Shown: positions 38,685 through 47,192, counted from the first letter of the stretch. The stretch: DNA of 64,000 nucleotides from Vicinamibacterales bacterium (GCA_035711805.1 DASTBV010000113.1:348-64347), one strand, 5' to 3'. Numbers and translations: made by a program. Notes: generated from the sequence alone by a model not told the origin.

Positions 38685-38761
38685 GGACGATAGGAATCAT
38701 TAGCCGGGACGATAGGAATCATTAGCCGGGTTTGCGCGCGCCTCGTTGACGGAATGCTGCT
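38685..38761. repeat. copy B of the 55-bp block with an internal 22-bp tandem duplication; candidate ori-like IS91 end
   Basis: ACGATAGGAATCATTAGCCGGG occurs twice in tandem (38687-38708, 38709-38730), then TTTGCGCGCGCCTCGTTGACGGAATGCTGCT. Lies 178-254 nt downstream of the transposase stop. Confidence 0.85.
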
Positions 38762-38938
38762 TATGCGGCCCCACCCTCCCGTCAGCACAGCGCGGATTGC
38801 CCGCGATGCACAGCGCGGATCATGTGCCGCGTGCGCATGCCTGTCGAACGGCCATGTGAGCAAGTCAGGCCTCGGGCACACCGCTCCTGATCGCACCGCC
38901 CTCGCGCACGCCGTCTCAACTCAGTAGGGGCGAAGCGC

Positions 38939-40576
38939 TCAGGGCGCCGGCACGTCCTCGTCGTAGCACAGATCCGCCCGGCCGAGTGGAAGCGGCGGCG
39001 GTCGTGCGGGCCGGGGCGTGGACACCTCAGCGGGCACGCCGAGATGACCGAGGATGCGCCGGATCACGGTCGGGTCTTCGATGAGGGCGATCAGCTCGAG
39101 GCGATCGCCGCAGCGCGGACACGCGAGGACGTCGAAGCCGAAGCTCCGCTGCATCAGCTCCGCCCACAACCGGTTCGTGCGCGGCGGGCCGGGCGGCGCC
39201 CTGTGCGAGGACGACTCCCCTGCTCCGCGCGCATCGGCGTCGGCGACCGCGGGGTCGCCCTCGCGCGGCCGCAGCCGCGACCGCCACGCCGACCGTGCGC
39301 CGAGCACACCGTAATACAGCACGAGATTGATCCGCGGGCGCGGCGTGAGCGCCGCAAGCCGTTCGAGCAGCTCCACCGGCTCGAAGAGCAGCCGTGTGGT
39401 CCCATCCGCCCACCGGTGCCGCAGATCGAGCAGCACCTGCCCGTCCGTGGTCAGATGCAGCCGCTCGGCCGCGATCGGCGGGCGTAGCGCATAGCGACAC
39501 AACCGCTCCAGCCGCGCCCGGTCCCGCGGCGGCACGACGACGCCGGCATGGAGATCGAAGCCGTTGCCCCGCGCGTGACAGGGGCCGCGCCCGGACGGCG
39601 CCAGCGCCAGCAGGTTCGCCGAGGCGCCACAGCGGCGCACCGCCGCACCGGCCCGCTCCCCGAGCGCCTGCCGTCCCTGCACGGAGGCGCCGGCGATCCC
39701 GGCCAGCCCGGCCTCTTCCCGCCATGGATCCGCGGCGCTCCCCTCGCCGAGATCGTCCAGCACGCCGCGCCGGGCCAGCAGACGATGGAGGCGGCGGTCG
39801 ATCGTCTGGAGCAGCCGGTCCATCTCGTCGTCGGTCGGCGACGTCGCCTCGTCGAACCACAGCGTCCCATCCTCCGCCTGGCTGTACACGCCGTCGAGCA
39901 CGAGCGCATGGACGTGGATATTCAGATTCAATGCGGCACCGAACCGCTGGATGATCGCCACGGCTCCACCCCGACCACCAGGCATCCCCCGCCGCGGCGA
40001 ACGCCGCCGCAGATCGCCAAGCACTGCCCGCACGAAGACGCCCGAGACCGCGCGGCAGAGCGGATGGTCCCATGCCAGCACGTAGCGCAGGCGGTGCGGC
40101 AGACTCAGCACCCACTGTCGTACTGGCACGATCGGAAAGACGTCATCGACCAGATGCGCGGCACGCTCAGCCATCCGCCGACCGCCACAGCTCGGACAGA
40201 CCGCACGCCCCTTACAGGAAAACGGCACGAGGCGGTCGAGCCTGCACCGGCCGCACTGAAACCGCGCGAAGCCACCCGCGGGGTGTCCGCAGCGCAGGAA
40301 GTCCCGGAACTCCTCCTCGATGAACCGCGGCAACGCGTCCCGTTCGTAGGTGCGTGTCGCCTCGGCGCGGAACGTCTCGAAATGATCGCGGACGACCTGA
40401 TACAGCACGCCCTGGGCAGGCGCCTTCAGGCTGTAGTCCGGGGACGGGCGGCCTATGCCCCGGACGGCGCGAAGCTCGCGCCACCGGCACCGAGCGCCGA
40501 TTGTCGCGAAGATTCGCAGAGTCTCCGCCGTGCGTTCACTGGTGGTTGCAGATTCTGCGTACCGGGCTGAGCCCAC
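38939..40576 (-). CDS. IS91-family transposase
   Basis: LYQVVRDHFETF.., Zn-binding block FQCGRCRLDRLVPFSCKGRAVCPSCGGRRMAERAAHLVD, VRQWVLSLP.., HVHALVLDGVY, YYGVLGARSAWR, and C-terminal CPRCGDRLELIALIE. The true start may be internal, near GVLYQVV. Confidence 0.8.
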   Translation of the reverse strand: MGSARYAESATTSERTAETLRIFATIGARCRWRELRAVRGIGRPSPDYSLKAPAQGVLYQVVRDHFETFRAEATRTYERDALPRFIEEEFRDFLRCGHPAGGFARFQCGRCRLDRLVPFSCKGRAVCPSCGGRRMAERAAHLVDDVFPIVPVRQWVLSLPHRLRYVLAWDHPLCRAVSGVFVRAVLGDLRRRSPRRGMPGGRGGAVAIIQRFGAALNLNIHVHALVLDGVYSQAEDGTLWFDEATSPTDDEMDRLLQTIDRRLHRLLARRGVLDDLGEGSAADPWREEAGLAGIAGASVQGRQALGERAGAAVRRCGASANLLALAPSGRGPCHARGNGFDLHAGVVVPPRDRARLERLCRYALRPPIAAERLHLTTDGQVLLDLRHRWADGTTRLLFEPVELLERLAALTPRPRINLVLYYGVLGARSAWRSRLRPREGDPAVADADARGAGESSSHRAPPGPPRTNRLWAELMQRSFGFDVLACPRCGDRLELIALIEDPTVIRRILGHLGVPAEVSTPRPARPPPLPLGRADLCYDEDVPAP

Positions 40577-40599
40577 CAGTCACAGAATCTGCGACGGTG

Positions 40600-40925
40600 C
40601 TGCGTGGCAGGGCGCCGGGCGCCGCAGGTGCATCGACATCGCCGACCGGCTCGCGGCGATCGCCAGCACCGCACGCTCCGCACGGGTCGCGCGCCGCAGG
40701 GTCGCCGAAGTGGCGCAGGATCGCCGCGCGCAGGCAGCCGGCGGTCTGGGCATACGCAATCATCGGCGCAGCATGGACGACAGCCTCGATGTCGGCGCCG
40801 ATCGATCCCCATGCCTTCGGCATCACAGCAAGCACGTCGCGCCCTCGAGCACGGCACTGATCACATCTTCCTGACCTGGGCGGAACGACGCGTGCCCGAA
40901 GCGCCGCCGAAGCGGATCGGCCTTA
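40600..40925 (-). pseudogene. recQ: recQ helicase remnant (N-terminal motif fused to Zn-finger region, frameshifted, no start)
   Basis: My translation gives ..RRRFGHASFRPGQEDVISAVLEG, then a 1-nt frame break, then DVLAVMP. This is followed directly by ..MIAYAQTAGCLRAAILRHFGDPAARDPCGACG (RecQ Zn-binding region). The helicase core is missing. Confidence 0.55.
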
Positions 40926-40926
40926 T

Positions 40927-42024
40927 CTACATCACGCTCGCCAGCAGCAGGACGACGCACATCGCGCCCGCCGCCTGCCAGGCGAGTTCGGTCCGCTTGC
41001 GGACGACAAGGACACCCAGGCAGAGGACGAGAGCGGCCGCCATCAGCGCCTGCTTGTAGAGGTCCTCGAACGTCTCCACCGGTTCGGCGTTCGCCGCGCG
41101 CGCGCGGAGCCGATCGACAATCCGGAAGGCGATGGTGCGGTCGGATTCCTCGCCGATTTCAAAGTACTCGCCGCCGCCGGCCACGGCGATCTGCAGCAGC
41201 GACCTGCGGTCCAGCGTCGAACGGATTCTCGGCGGCGGCCGTGAACCGTCGAGCGCCAGTGGCTCGGGGATCATGCCTCCGACAGCAGTCCCGACACCAA
41301 CGACGAAGACCGGCACCTTGCGATCCTTGGCGGTCTGCAGCGCGCGGGCAACGTCGCCGGTCCACGACTGGCCGTCGGAGACGACGAGGAACGCTTTCGG
41401 ATTGCCGCTCTTGCCGAACAGATCCTGATCCTTCTCGATCAGGTTCAGCCCCCATCGGATGCCTTCCTCGATGTTGGTGTCCCAGGTGGTGAGGTTCTCG
41501 AGGGCAAAGGGCGAGTGGTCGCCGAGGTGATCGAGAAAGAAAAAAAGCGAGTTCGGGTCGCGGGTCAGCCGCACCTGCGGGGCGGCCAGCTGAGCAAACA
41601 GCGCCAGCGCGACGCGGTCGCCGCGCCAGCTCAACGCCTCGGCAAACGTCCGCAGGAATGCGACCGAACGCCGCCACCGATCCGGCCGCACGTCAGCCAC
41701 ATACATCGAAGCCGATGCGTCCTGCAGGATGACGATGTCGGCGCTGGCGCGGCGCGAGAGGGCGATGCGCGCCTGCGGCTTGGCGATGGCGACGATGAGC
41801 AGCGCCGAGGCGACGAGCGCCGCCAGCCAGAATGTGAGGTCGCCGGCGAAGTTATAGCGCTCGCGCACCGGAAGCACGCGTGCCGCGGCCAGGCGGCGCG
41901 CGTCGGCACGCCGCCGAACGACCCGCCAGCACCACACCATCATCAGGGCGACGGGAACCGTCAGCAGCCACAGCAGCGCCGGCGACTCGAACCGGAACGT
42001 CTCGAGCGTAACCTTCGGAATCAC
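40927..42024 (-). CDS. vWA domain membrane protein (BatB-like)
   Basis: N-terminal TMs, MIDAS DIVILQDASASM, C-terminal TM. Confidence 0.75.
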   Translation of the reverse strand: MIPKVTLETFRFESPALLWLLTVPVALMMVWCWRVVRRRADARRLAAARVLPVRERYNFAGDLTFWLAALVASALLIVAIAKPQARIALSRRASADIVILQDASASMYVADVRPDRWRRSVAFLRTFAEALSWRGDRVALALFAQLAAPQVRLTRDPNSLFFFLDHLGDHSPFALENLTTWDTNIEEGIRWGLNLIEKDQDLFGKSGNPKAFLVVSDGQSWTGDVARALQTAKDRKVPVFVVGVGTAVGGMIPEPLALDGSRPPPRIRSTLDRRSLLQIAVAGGGEYFEIGEESDRTIAFRIVDRLRARAANAEPVETFEDLYKQALMAAALVLCLGVLVVRKRTELAWQAAGAMCVVLLLASVM

Positions 42025-42722
42025 CCCTTGCGTGCCTTTTCGCTCGCCTTCCCCGCGTCGCCGCCTTCGGGCGCCTTCTCTTCTCCCTGCAACGGCACGT
42101 AGATCTGGAAGCCTTTCGTCGTCGTCGCCTCCGACGGGGCACCACTCTCACCGAGGTCCATGCCCTGCTCCGGCTGTTCCGAGGGCGGCCGGCGGCCCTT
42201 GGCAATCTCGTCACGGAGACGCACGACGTACTCGTAGTTGTACGCGGCTTCCTCATGCCAGACGTTGTTCTTCAGGACGGTCATGTAGCCATTGGCGACT
42301 TCGTTCAGCACCTGGATTGCGGCATTTCGCTCGGTAACGCCCTTGAGGCCGTTCCGGAACGCCGCGTTCGCGACGACGAGCTGGAGCTCGACGTTGGATT
42401 CGTCAACGGCCGCGACCGGTTCGGCCTGCGCCGGCAGGACCGCCGCGTAGTCGCCCTGCCAGTACTGGAGCGCCGCTTCCCGCGCCCGGACTTCCCTGAC
42501 GGTCTCCTCGCCAAGCTTCGGCACCCACTGCGCGTAGCGAAGGTAGCCCTGTGCATCGTCGAGGCTGGCCCGTGCCAGCGCGTATTGCTGCGTCGACGAT
42601 CGCTCCTGTGCGTCGGCCAGCGAGCGCTCGAGGCGCGCCGCGGTGAGGGCCACGACACCGGCCGCGAAGAAAACGGCGGCGGCGACGAGATAGGCGGTCA
42701 CGCTCTTCACAGGTTCCTCCAA
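42021..42722 (-). CDS. hypothetical membrane-anchored protein of the MoxR/vWA operon
   Basis: One N-terminal TM (AYLVAAAVFFAAGVVALTAA), a helical middle and an acidic/lysine-rich tail. Overlaps the next gene by 4 nt. Confidence 0.5.
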   Translation of the reverse strand: MEEPVKSVTAYLVAAAVFFAAGVVALTAARLERSLADAQERSSTQQYALARASLDDAQGYLRYAQWVPKLGEETVREVRAREAALQYWQGDYAAVLPAQAEPVAAVDESNVELQLVVANAAFRNGLKGVTERNAAIQVLNEVANGYMTVLKNNVWHEEAAYNYEYVVRLRDEIAKGRRPPSEQPEQGMDLGESGAPSEATTTKGFQIYVPLQGEEKAPEGGDAGKASEKARKG

Positions 42723-42735
42723 CTTTTTCCGGTGT

Positions 42736-42829
42736 TAACCACGAAGACACGAAGGGATCGAAGATCACGAACAACACGTTTGCTGTTCTTCTTCGTGCCC
42801 TTCGATCTCTTCGTGCCTTCGTGTTACGG
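42736..42829. repeat. micro-repeat palindrome with CACGAAG / CTTCGTG units
   Basis: CACGAAGA CACGAAGG GATCGAAGAT CACGAA..loop..TTCTTCGTG CCCTTCGATC TCTTCGTG CCTTCGTG. Arms are about 80 percent complementary. Confidence 0.85.
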
Positions 42830-43915
42830 GAACGTCCGAAACACCCCAAAGCTCAATTTCAACAACGCCGCGGTCAGCCACAATGCGGTGGCGACGAGCG
42901 CATATCCCGCATAGCGCGGCCGCTGCACGCTGTACTCACGCACGTCGATCCGGCCCGGCGACAGGCGGTCGATCTCGCGCAGCGTGCGGCGCATCGATTC
43001 CTCGTCGTATACCGCGTAGAAGCGTCCGCCGGTGCGCTCGACGGTCGGCCGCCAGATCTTGTCCTGCACCACTTCGCCTTCGCGGCGGTTGTAGGCGGTG
43101 CGCACCATGTGCACAGGGATCTTCCAGGTGCGCGCCTCGGCGATCAGGTTCTCCACCGGCCGGCCCTTCGGCTGTAGATCCGAGTCGCGGCCGTCCGTGA
43201 AGACGACCATCAGATTGCCGGACGCGTTGATGAACGAAAACGTCTTGAACAGCTTTGTCGCCTGCTCGATCCCCTCGACGATCGTCGTGCCCCAGTCGCT
43301 GAAACGGCCCCACTCGCGCGGGTCGCTCACCAGCCGGATGCTGAGGAGGATGTTCTCGTAATCCGTCGTGAAGGGGGTGACGACGTACGCCTGGTTGCCG
43401 AACTGAATCAACGCCACGAGATCGCGATAGGGTCCGTTCATCCGCCGCTTGATGAACTCCTCCGCGCCTGCAGTTGCCGTGAAGAACGTGGCCTCTCCCT
43501 GCGTCTTCATGCTCTCGGTCTTGAACTGCATCACCATGCTCGTGGATGCATCGACGAGCAGCGCAATGCGGCGGCCAGGATAGGACACCTCCTCGCGCGT
43601 GAAGCCGGTGTGCGGATCGGCCAGTGCGACGCCGAAAAACGGCAGGCCGGCGACGAACAGCAGCAAGGGCAGGTGCCGTGCCAGCGCGAGCGGCGAGCGG
43701 CGCATCTCCGGCAACAGCGCCGGCAGCGTCACATGGGTCCGCCCGGCGCGCGTGCCGAGCATCGCGCGGACGAAGAGCACGAGCACGGCAATCGCCGCGA
43801 GCACGACGAACACCAGCAACGCGGTCCGTGCGTCCGCAAACTGCAGATCGCCCCAGCGTGTACGCAGCCATTCGTCGAATGTGTTGCGAAGCGCGATGAC
43901 GAAGGCCTCGGTCAT
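42824..43915 (-). CDS. vWA domain membrane protein (BatA-like)
   Basis: TMs, then MIDAS RRIALLVDASTSM. Confidence 0.75.
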   Translation of the reverse strand: MTEAFVIALRNTFDEWLRTRWGDLQFADARTALLVFVVLAAIAVLVLFVRAMLGTRAGRTHVTLPALLPEMRRSPLALARHLPLLLFVAGLPFFGVALADPHTGFTREEVSYPGRRIALLVDASTSMVMQFKTESMKTQGEATFFTATAGAEEFIKRRMNGPYRDLVALIQFGNQAYVVTPFTTDYENILLSIRLVSDPREWGRFSDWGTTIVEGIEQATKLFKTFSFINASGNLMVVFTDGRDSDLQPKGRPVENLIAEARTWKIPVHMVRTAYNRREGEVVQDKIWRPTVERTGGRFYAVYDEESMRRTLREIDRLSPGRIDVREYSVQRPRYAGYALVATALWLTAALLKLSFGVFRTFP

Positions 43916-43923
43916 AGGGCAAA

Positions 43924-43961
43924 TTCAGAATTCAGAATGCAGAATTCAGAATTCTGCATTC
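43924..43961. repeat. heptamer array TTCAGAA x4 ending in a perfect 13-bp stem
   Basis: TTCAGAA TTCAGAA TGCAGAA TTCAGAA TTCTGCATTC. GAATGCAGAATTC-a-GAATTCTGCATTC spans 43935-43961 and overlaps the upstream gene's stop. Confidence 0.9.
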
Positions 43962-45207
43962 ATGCCGCCGATCCCGCACGCGTCGGCATGGACGGAACTG
44001 CGGCGCCGCGGGCGGCGCCAAACGGAATCAGCGAGCGGAGCCAGAGCCGGCGCACCGGGGCGGCGGCATTGTCGACCGCCGTACTGAGTGCAACGGTGTC
44101 GGCCTCCCCGGCGCGTCCATATACCGCGGTGCTGAACAGCTGCAGCGCTTCGAGAATGGGCTGCAGGGTCTCCCGCGACGCAGCGCCGCTGCTGGTCTCG
44201 ATCGCGGCCATGAGCGCCGCGGGAGTCGTGGCAGCCGACAGGAGCACGCGCTTGCGCCGCAGCAGTCCGGATCGCACCTCGATCTGCCCGACGCGTCCGG
44301 ACGCGACGTTCGTCACGTGCCGCTGCGCCACGCGGCGGCCGAGCGCTACCGCGCCGGCGATTCGAAGGGCGGCGACAGCTTGGGACATCAGCGCGGGCGT
44401 CCACCCGTCGCGCGCGGCGTCGCTGCGGGCGCTGCGCAGCGCGGCCATCGCGCCGCGCAGCACGGTGGCGGCAGGAAGCGGACGAACAACCTTCGCGCCG
44501 CGCACGCGGAACCGGCCGGCAAGCCGTACCAGCGCCAGAGCGGCCAGCACACCCGCAAACGCGAAGGCAATCGAGGCACCCACGATCGCGGCCGTGGCGC
44601 GGTTGCGCCGCGATTCGACGTTGGCGAACGTCTGGCCCGAGGCGTCGCGGATATCAGCGGCGCTGCGCGGGACGATCGACAGCACCCGCATCGGCAGCGG
44701 CGGCAGCACGTAGGTCTGATCGCGTCCTTCCGAGCTCCCGGTCGTACCCGCGGCCTGCAGGTTGTAGGTGACCGTCAGCGACGGGATGTTGACGTCCTGG
44801 CCGAAGAAGCCCTCGCTCAGCAGGCGCATCGCGTACTCGTACTGGATATACCGCCACGGCGGCGCGACGACATCCTCGTGGCGGTTGCCGGCCACGGCCT
44901 CGAACGGTGTCAGCGAAATCGCACCCGGCTCGAGCTGATTGACCGCCGGCACGACCTTGATGTTCGGCGTTTCGATGACGCCGCAGGTCAACACCAGGGT
45001 GAAGCGCTCGCCGACGCGAATGGCGCTGCGATCCGCTTTCCACCAGCAGCGGATTGGATCCGATTCAACCTCTCCGGGTCGGGGCGCGCGCTTCGTCTGC
45101 GCATGCGTGGGCACCGCGCCGAGGAGGACGACCACGAGGGCGAAGCAGAATCGGTGTCGCATGAGCGTTGGGATTTGGGGTTTGGGATTTGGGATGTGGG
45201 ATTTCAT
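43960..45207 (-). CDS. BatD-like / hypothetical secreted membrane-anchored protein
   Basis: ATG 45207 abuts the DUF58 stop (TAAATG); the alternative start is ATG 45162. Signal peptide ..FCFALVVVLLGAVPTHAQ and one C-proximal TM. The first 15 codons are encoded by an 8-bp repeat. Confidence 0.5.
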   Translation of the reverse strand: MKSHIPNPKPQIPTLMRHRFCFALVVVLLGAVPTHAQTKRAPRPGEVESDPIRCWWKADRSAIRVGERFTLVLTCGVIETPNIKVVPAVNQLEPGAISLTPFEAVAGNRHEDVVAPPWRYIQYEYAMRLLSEGFFGQDVNIPSLTVTYNLQAAGTTGSSEGRDQTYVLPPLPMRVLSIVPRSAADIRDASGQTFANVESRRNRATAAIVGASIAFAFAGVLAALALVRLAGRFRVRGAKVVRPLPAATVLRGAMAALRSARSDAARDGWTPALMSQAVAALRIAGAVALGRRVAQRHVTNVASGRVGQIEVRSGLLRRKRVLLSAATTPAALMAAIETSSGAASRETLQPILEALQLFSTAVYGRAGEADTVALSTAVDNAAAPVRRLWLRSLIPFGAARGAAVPSMPTRAGSAA

Positions 45208-46128
45208 TTACATCTTCCGTAGCCGCCGCTCGGCGGTGAACTCCACGAGCGCGGTTTCCATCTGCCACCGGTCCAGGCCGACGCGGACGACGTCGAGCCC
45301 TGATGCGCGCGCGAGCGCCTCAATGCGATCCTGCCAGGCGCCGACCCGGTCCGCGAGCCGCCGCAGTTCGCGGCGCGACAGCACCCGCGTTCGGCCGCTC
45401 TCGACGTCGTACGCCTCGACCCACCCGTCCGCCACGGCGGGCAGCTGATACGCGAAGCGCACGTCGGCAAGCACCAGAAACACGTCGTGCACGGCGTTCA
45501 GCAGCGCCATCTCCTGAACGAGCCGCTGCGCATCAGGAAACAGAAAGTCCGAAATCACCGGGACCAGCGACGCTTTCCGCAGCTGGCTCTCGATGGCCAC
45601 GATGATGTCGCGGCGTTCCTCGTCGGGATCGATGGTCCGGCGATTCTGATAGAGGTCAAGGCAGTACAGCAGATGCGAGCGGCCGATCCGCGGGCGCGCC
45701 GACGCGAGCTGCTGGAACTGATCGTCGAACGTGACCAGGCCGAACAGGTCCTGGAAGAACATCGCCGACAGCCCGGCCGCCGCGACCGCCCGCGCGATGG
45801 CGGCGGCGATCGGCACCCCGTGCACGCCGCAGCGCGTGGAGAGCGACGCGTCGGCCACCGCCACGATGGTGGCATTGCTGTCCTGTTCGAAATCGCGGGT
45901 GATCATCGGGCTGAAGTTCGTCATCGACGACTGCGCCCAGTCGATCGACGACATCCGATCGCCGGGCTCCCAGTCGCGCACGCCGACGAAGTTGAAGCCG
46001 CTCCCCTTGAACACGCTGGCGTGGTCGCCGAGCGTGAACTCCTTCATGCGCTTGATGATGAACAGTTCGATTTCCGCGATCTCGCGGAGGTTGACGAGCG
46101 GTTCCTCCGCAACTCCCAACCCGGTCAT
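45208..46128 (-). CDS. DUF58 family protein
   Basis: ..VRDWEPGDRMSSIDWAQSS.. and a vWA-like ..IVAVADASLS... Classic partner downstream of MoxR. Confidence 0.8.
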   Translation of the reverse strand: MTGLGVAEEPLVNLREIAEIELFIIKRMKEFTLGDHASVFKGSGFNFVGVRDWEPGDRMSSIDWAQSSMTNFSPMITRDFEQDSNATIVAVADASLSTRCGVHGVPIAAAIARAVAAAGLSAMFFQDLFGLVTFDDQFQQLASARPRIGRSHLLYCLDLYQNRRTIDPDEERRDIIVAIESQLRKASLVPVISDFLFPDAQRLVQEMALLNAVHDVFLVLADVRFAYQLPAVADGWVEAYDVESGRTRVLSRRELRRLADRVGAWQDRIEALARASGLDVVRVGLDRWQMETALVEFTAERRLRKM

Positions 46129-47165
46129 GGCACCGGGACGCGATCGACGATGTCGTCGACCACCATTTCAACGGTGACGCCGTGGCTTGCGGCGTGGGGT
46201 CCGAGCCAGACGCGGTGGCTGAGGATGTAGCGCGCGAGCTCCTGCACGTCCTCCGGATAGACCTCGGTACGGTGGTGCATCAACAGCGCCCACACTTTGA
46301 CCAGCCGGCCCCAGACGATCGTCGCCCGCGGCGAGGCGCCGAGGTCGACGCACTTCTCGACCAGCTCGGAGGGCGACCGATGGTGCCATTCACTTTCGGC
46401 ACTGTAGGGCCGTGTCGCGCCCACCAGGCGCCGGATGTACTTGGCGATTGACTCGTGGAGGAACACCTCGCGCGTGATCACCGACCGCAGCTCGATGATC
46501 CGTTCTTTCGGGATGAGCGGCTTGAGCCGCACCTGCTTGAAGTCGAAGCTCACCAGCTTCTCTTCCTCCGACGGGGGCAGGTAGGCGATGTTGATCATGA
46601 TCGCGAAGCGATCCGTCGCCGCCTCGGAGAGCGGAAACGTCCCCTGCCCCAGCTCCACCGGGTTCATCGTCGCAATGGCAAAGCTGAACGGCGCCAGCTC
46701 GTAGGTCGTTTTGCCGACCGTGACCGTGCGGTCCTGCAGTCCTTCCAGAAACGCGCTCTGCGATTTGAGCGGGATGCGGTTGATCTCGTCGAGCAGGATG
46801 ACCTCTGCCGACGCCAGCGGACCGAACTCGGTGATGAATTCGCCCGTCGCCGGGTTGATCATCTGGAAGCCGACGATCTCGGTCGGCTGCAGATCGGCGC
46901 GGCCCTGCAGGCGCGCGAACTTGGCGTTGCTGATGGCCGCGAGGATGACGCCGAAGAACGTCTTGCCCACGCCGGGGACGCCGCGGAGCAGCAGATTGCC
47001 GGCGTTGACCTGCCGCTTCTGATCCTTGTCGTAGGTCGTCGGTATCTCGGAGAGCAGCACGACGTTCGCGAGCGCCTTCTCCGTGTCGTATCCGACTAAC
47101 GCGTTTCCCGCCTCGGCGACGATCGCTTCGTGCAGATCGATGGATTCCTGGAGCTCCGGATGCAT
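46125..47165 (-). CDS. MoxR-family AAA+ ATPase
   Basis: Track ORF 46125..48641 trimmed to ATG 47165 (MHPELQESI..). Walker A LLRGVPGVGKT, Walker B VILLDEINR, ..ATMNP... The upstream part of the track ORF is antisense to the MFS gene. Confidence 0.9.
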   Translation of the reverse strand: MHPELQESIDLHEAIVAEAGNALVGYDTEKALANVVLLSEIPTTYDKDQKRQVNAGNLLLRGVPGVGKTFFGVILAAISNAKFARLQGRADLQPTEIVGFQMINPATGEFITEFGPLASAEVILLDEINRIPLKSQSAFLEGLQDRTVTVGKTTYELAPFSFAIATMNPVELGQGTFPLSEAATDRFAIMINIAYLPPSEEEKLVSFDFKQVRLKPLIPKERIIELRSVITREVFLHESIAKYIRRLVGATRPYSAESEWHHRSPSELVEKCVDLGASPRATIVWGRLVKVWALLMHHRTEVYPEDVQELARYILSHRVWLGPHAASHGVTVEMVVDDIVDRVPVP

Positions 47166-47192
47166 GAACCGTGAATCATACCTGATGGATCT

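Larger units (their letters stand above)
38685..40595 (-). mobile_element. IS91-family rolling-circle insertion sequence (boundaries approximate)
   Basis: Contains the transposase ORF. One side is the repeat block at 38685; the other is the interleaved inverted repeats at 40538-40592. Gene fragments lie on both flanks. Confidence 0.65.

Noticed and set aside
38636-38896. The shared peptide SSIPSTRRAQTRLMIPIVP in ORFs 37298..37519(-) and 38636..38896(-) as a conserved protein domain.
   Set aside because: It is simply the translation of the 55-bp DNA repeat in one frame. The 86-aa ORF has no other coding features.
40455-41059. Plus-strand ORFs 40455..40874, 40604..41059 and 40354..40860 as possible IS passenger genes.
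   Set aside because: Arg-rich shadow frames over the transposase 5' end and the recQ remnant. No motifs.
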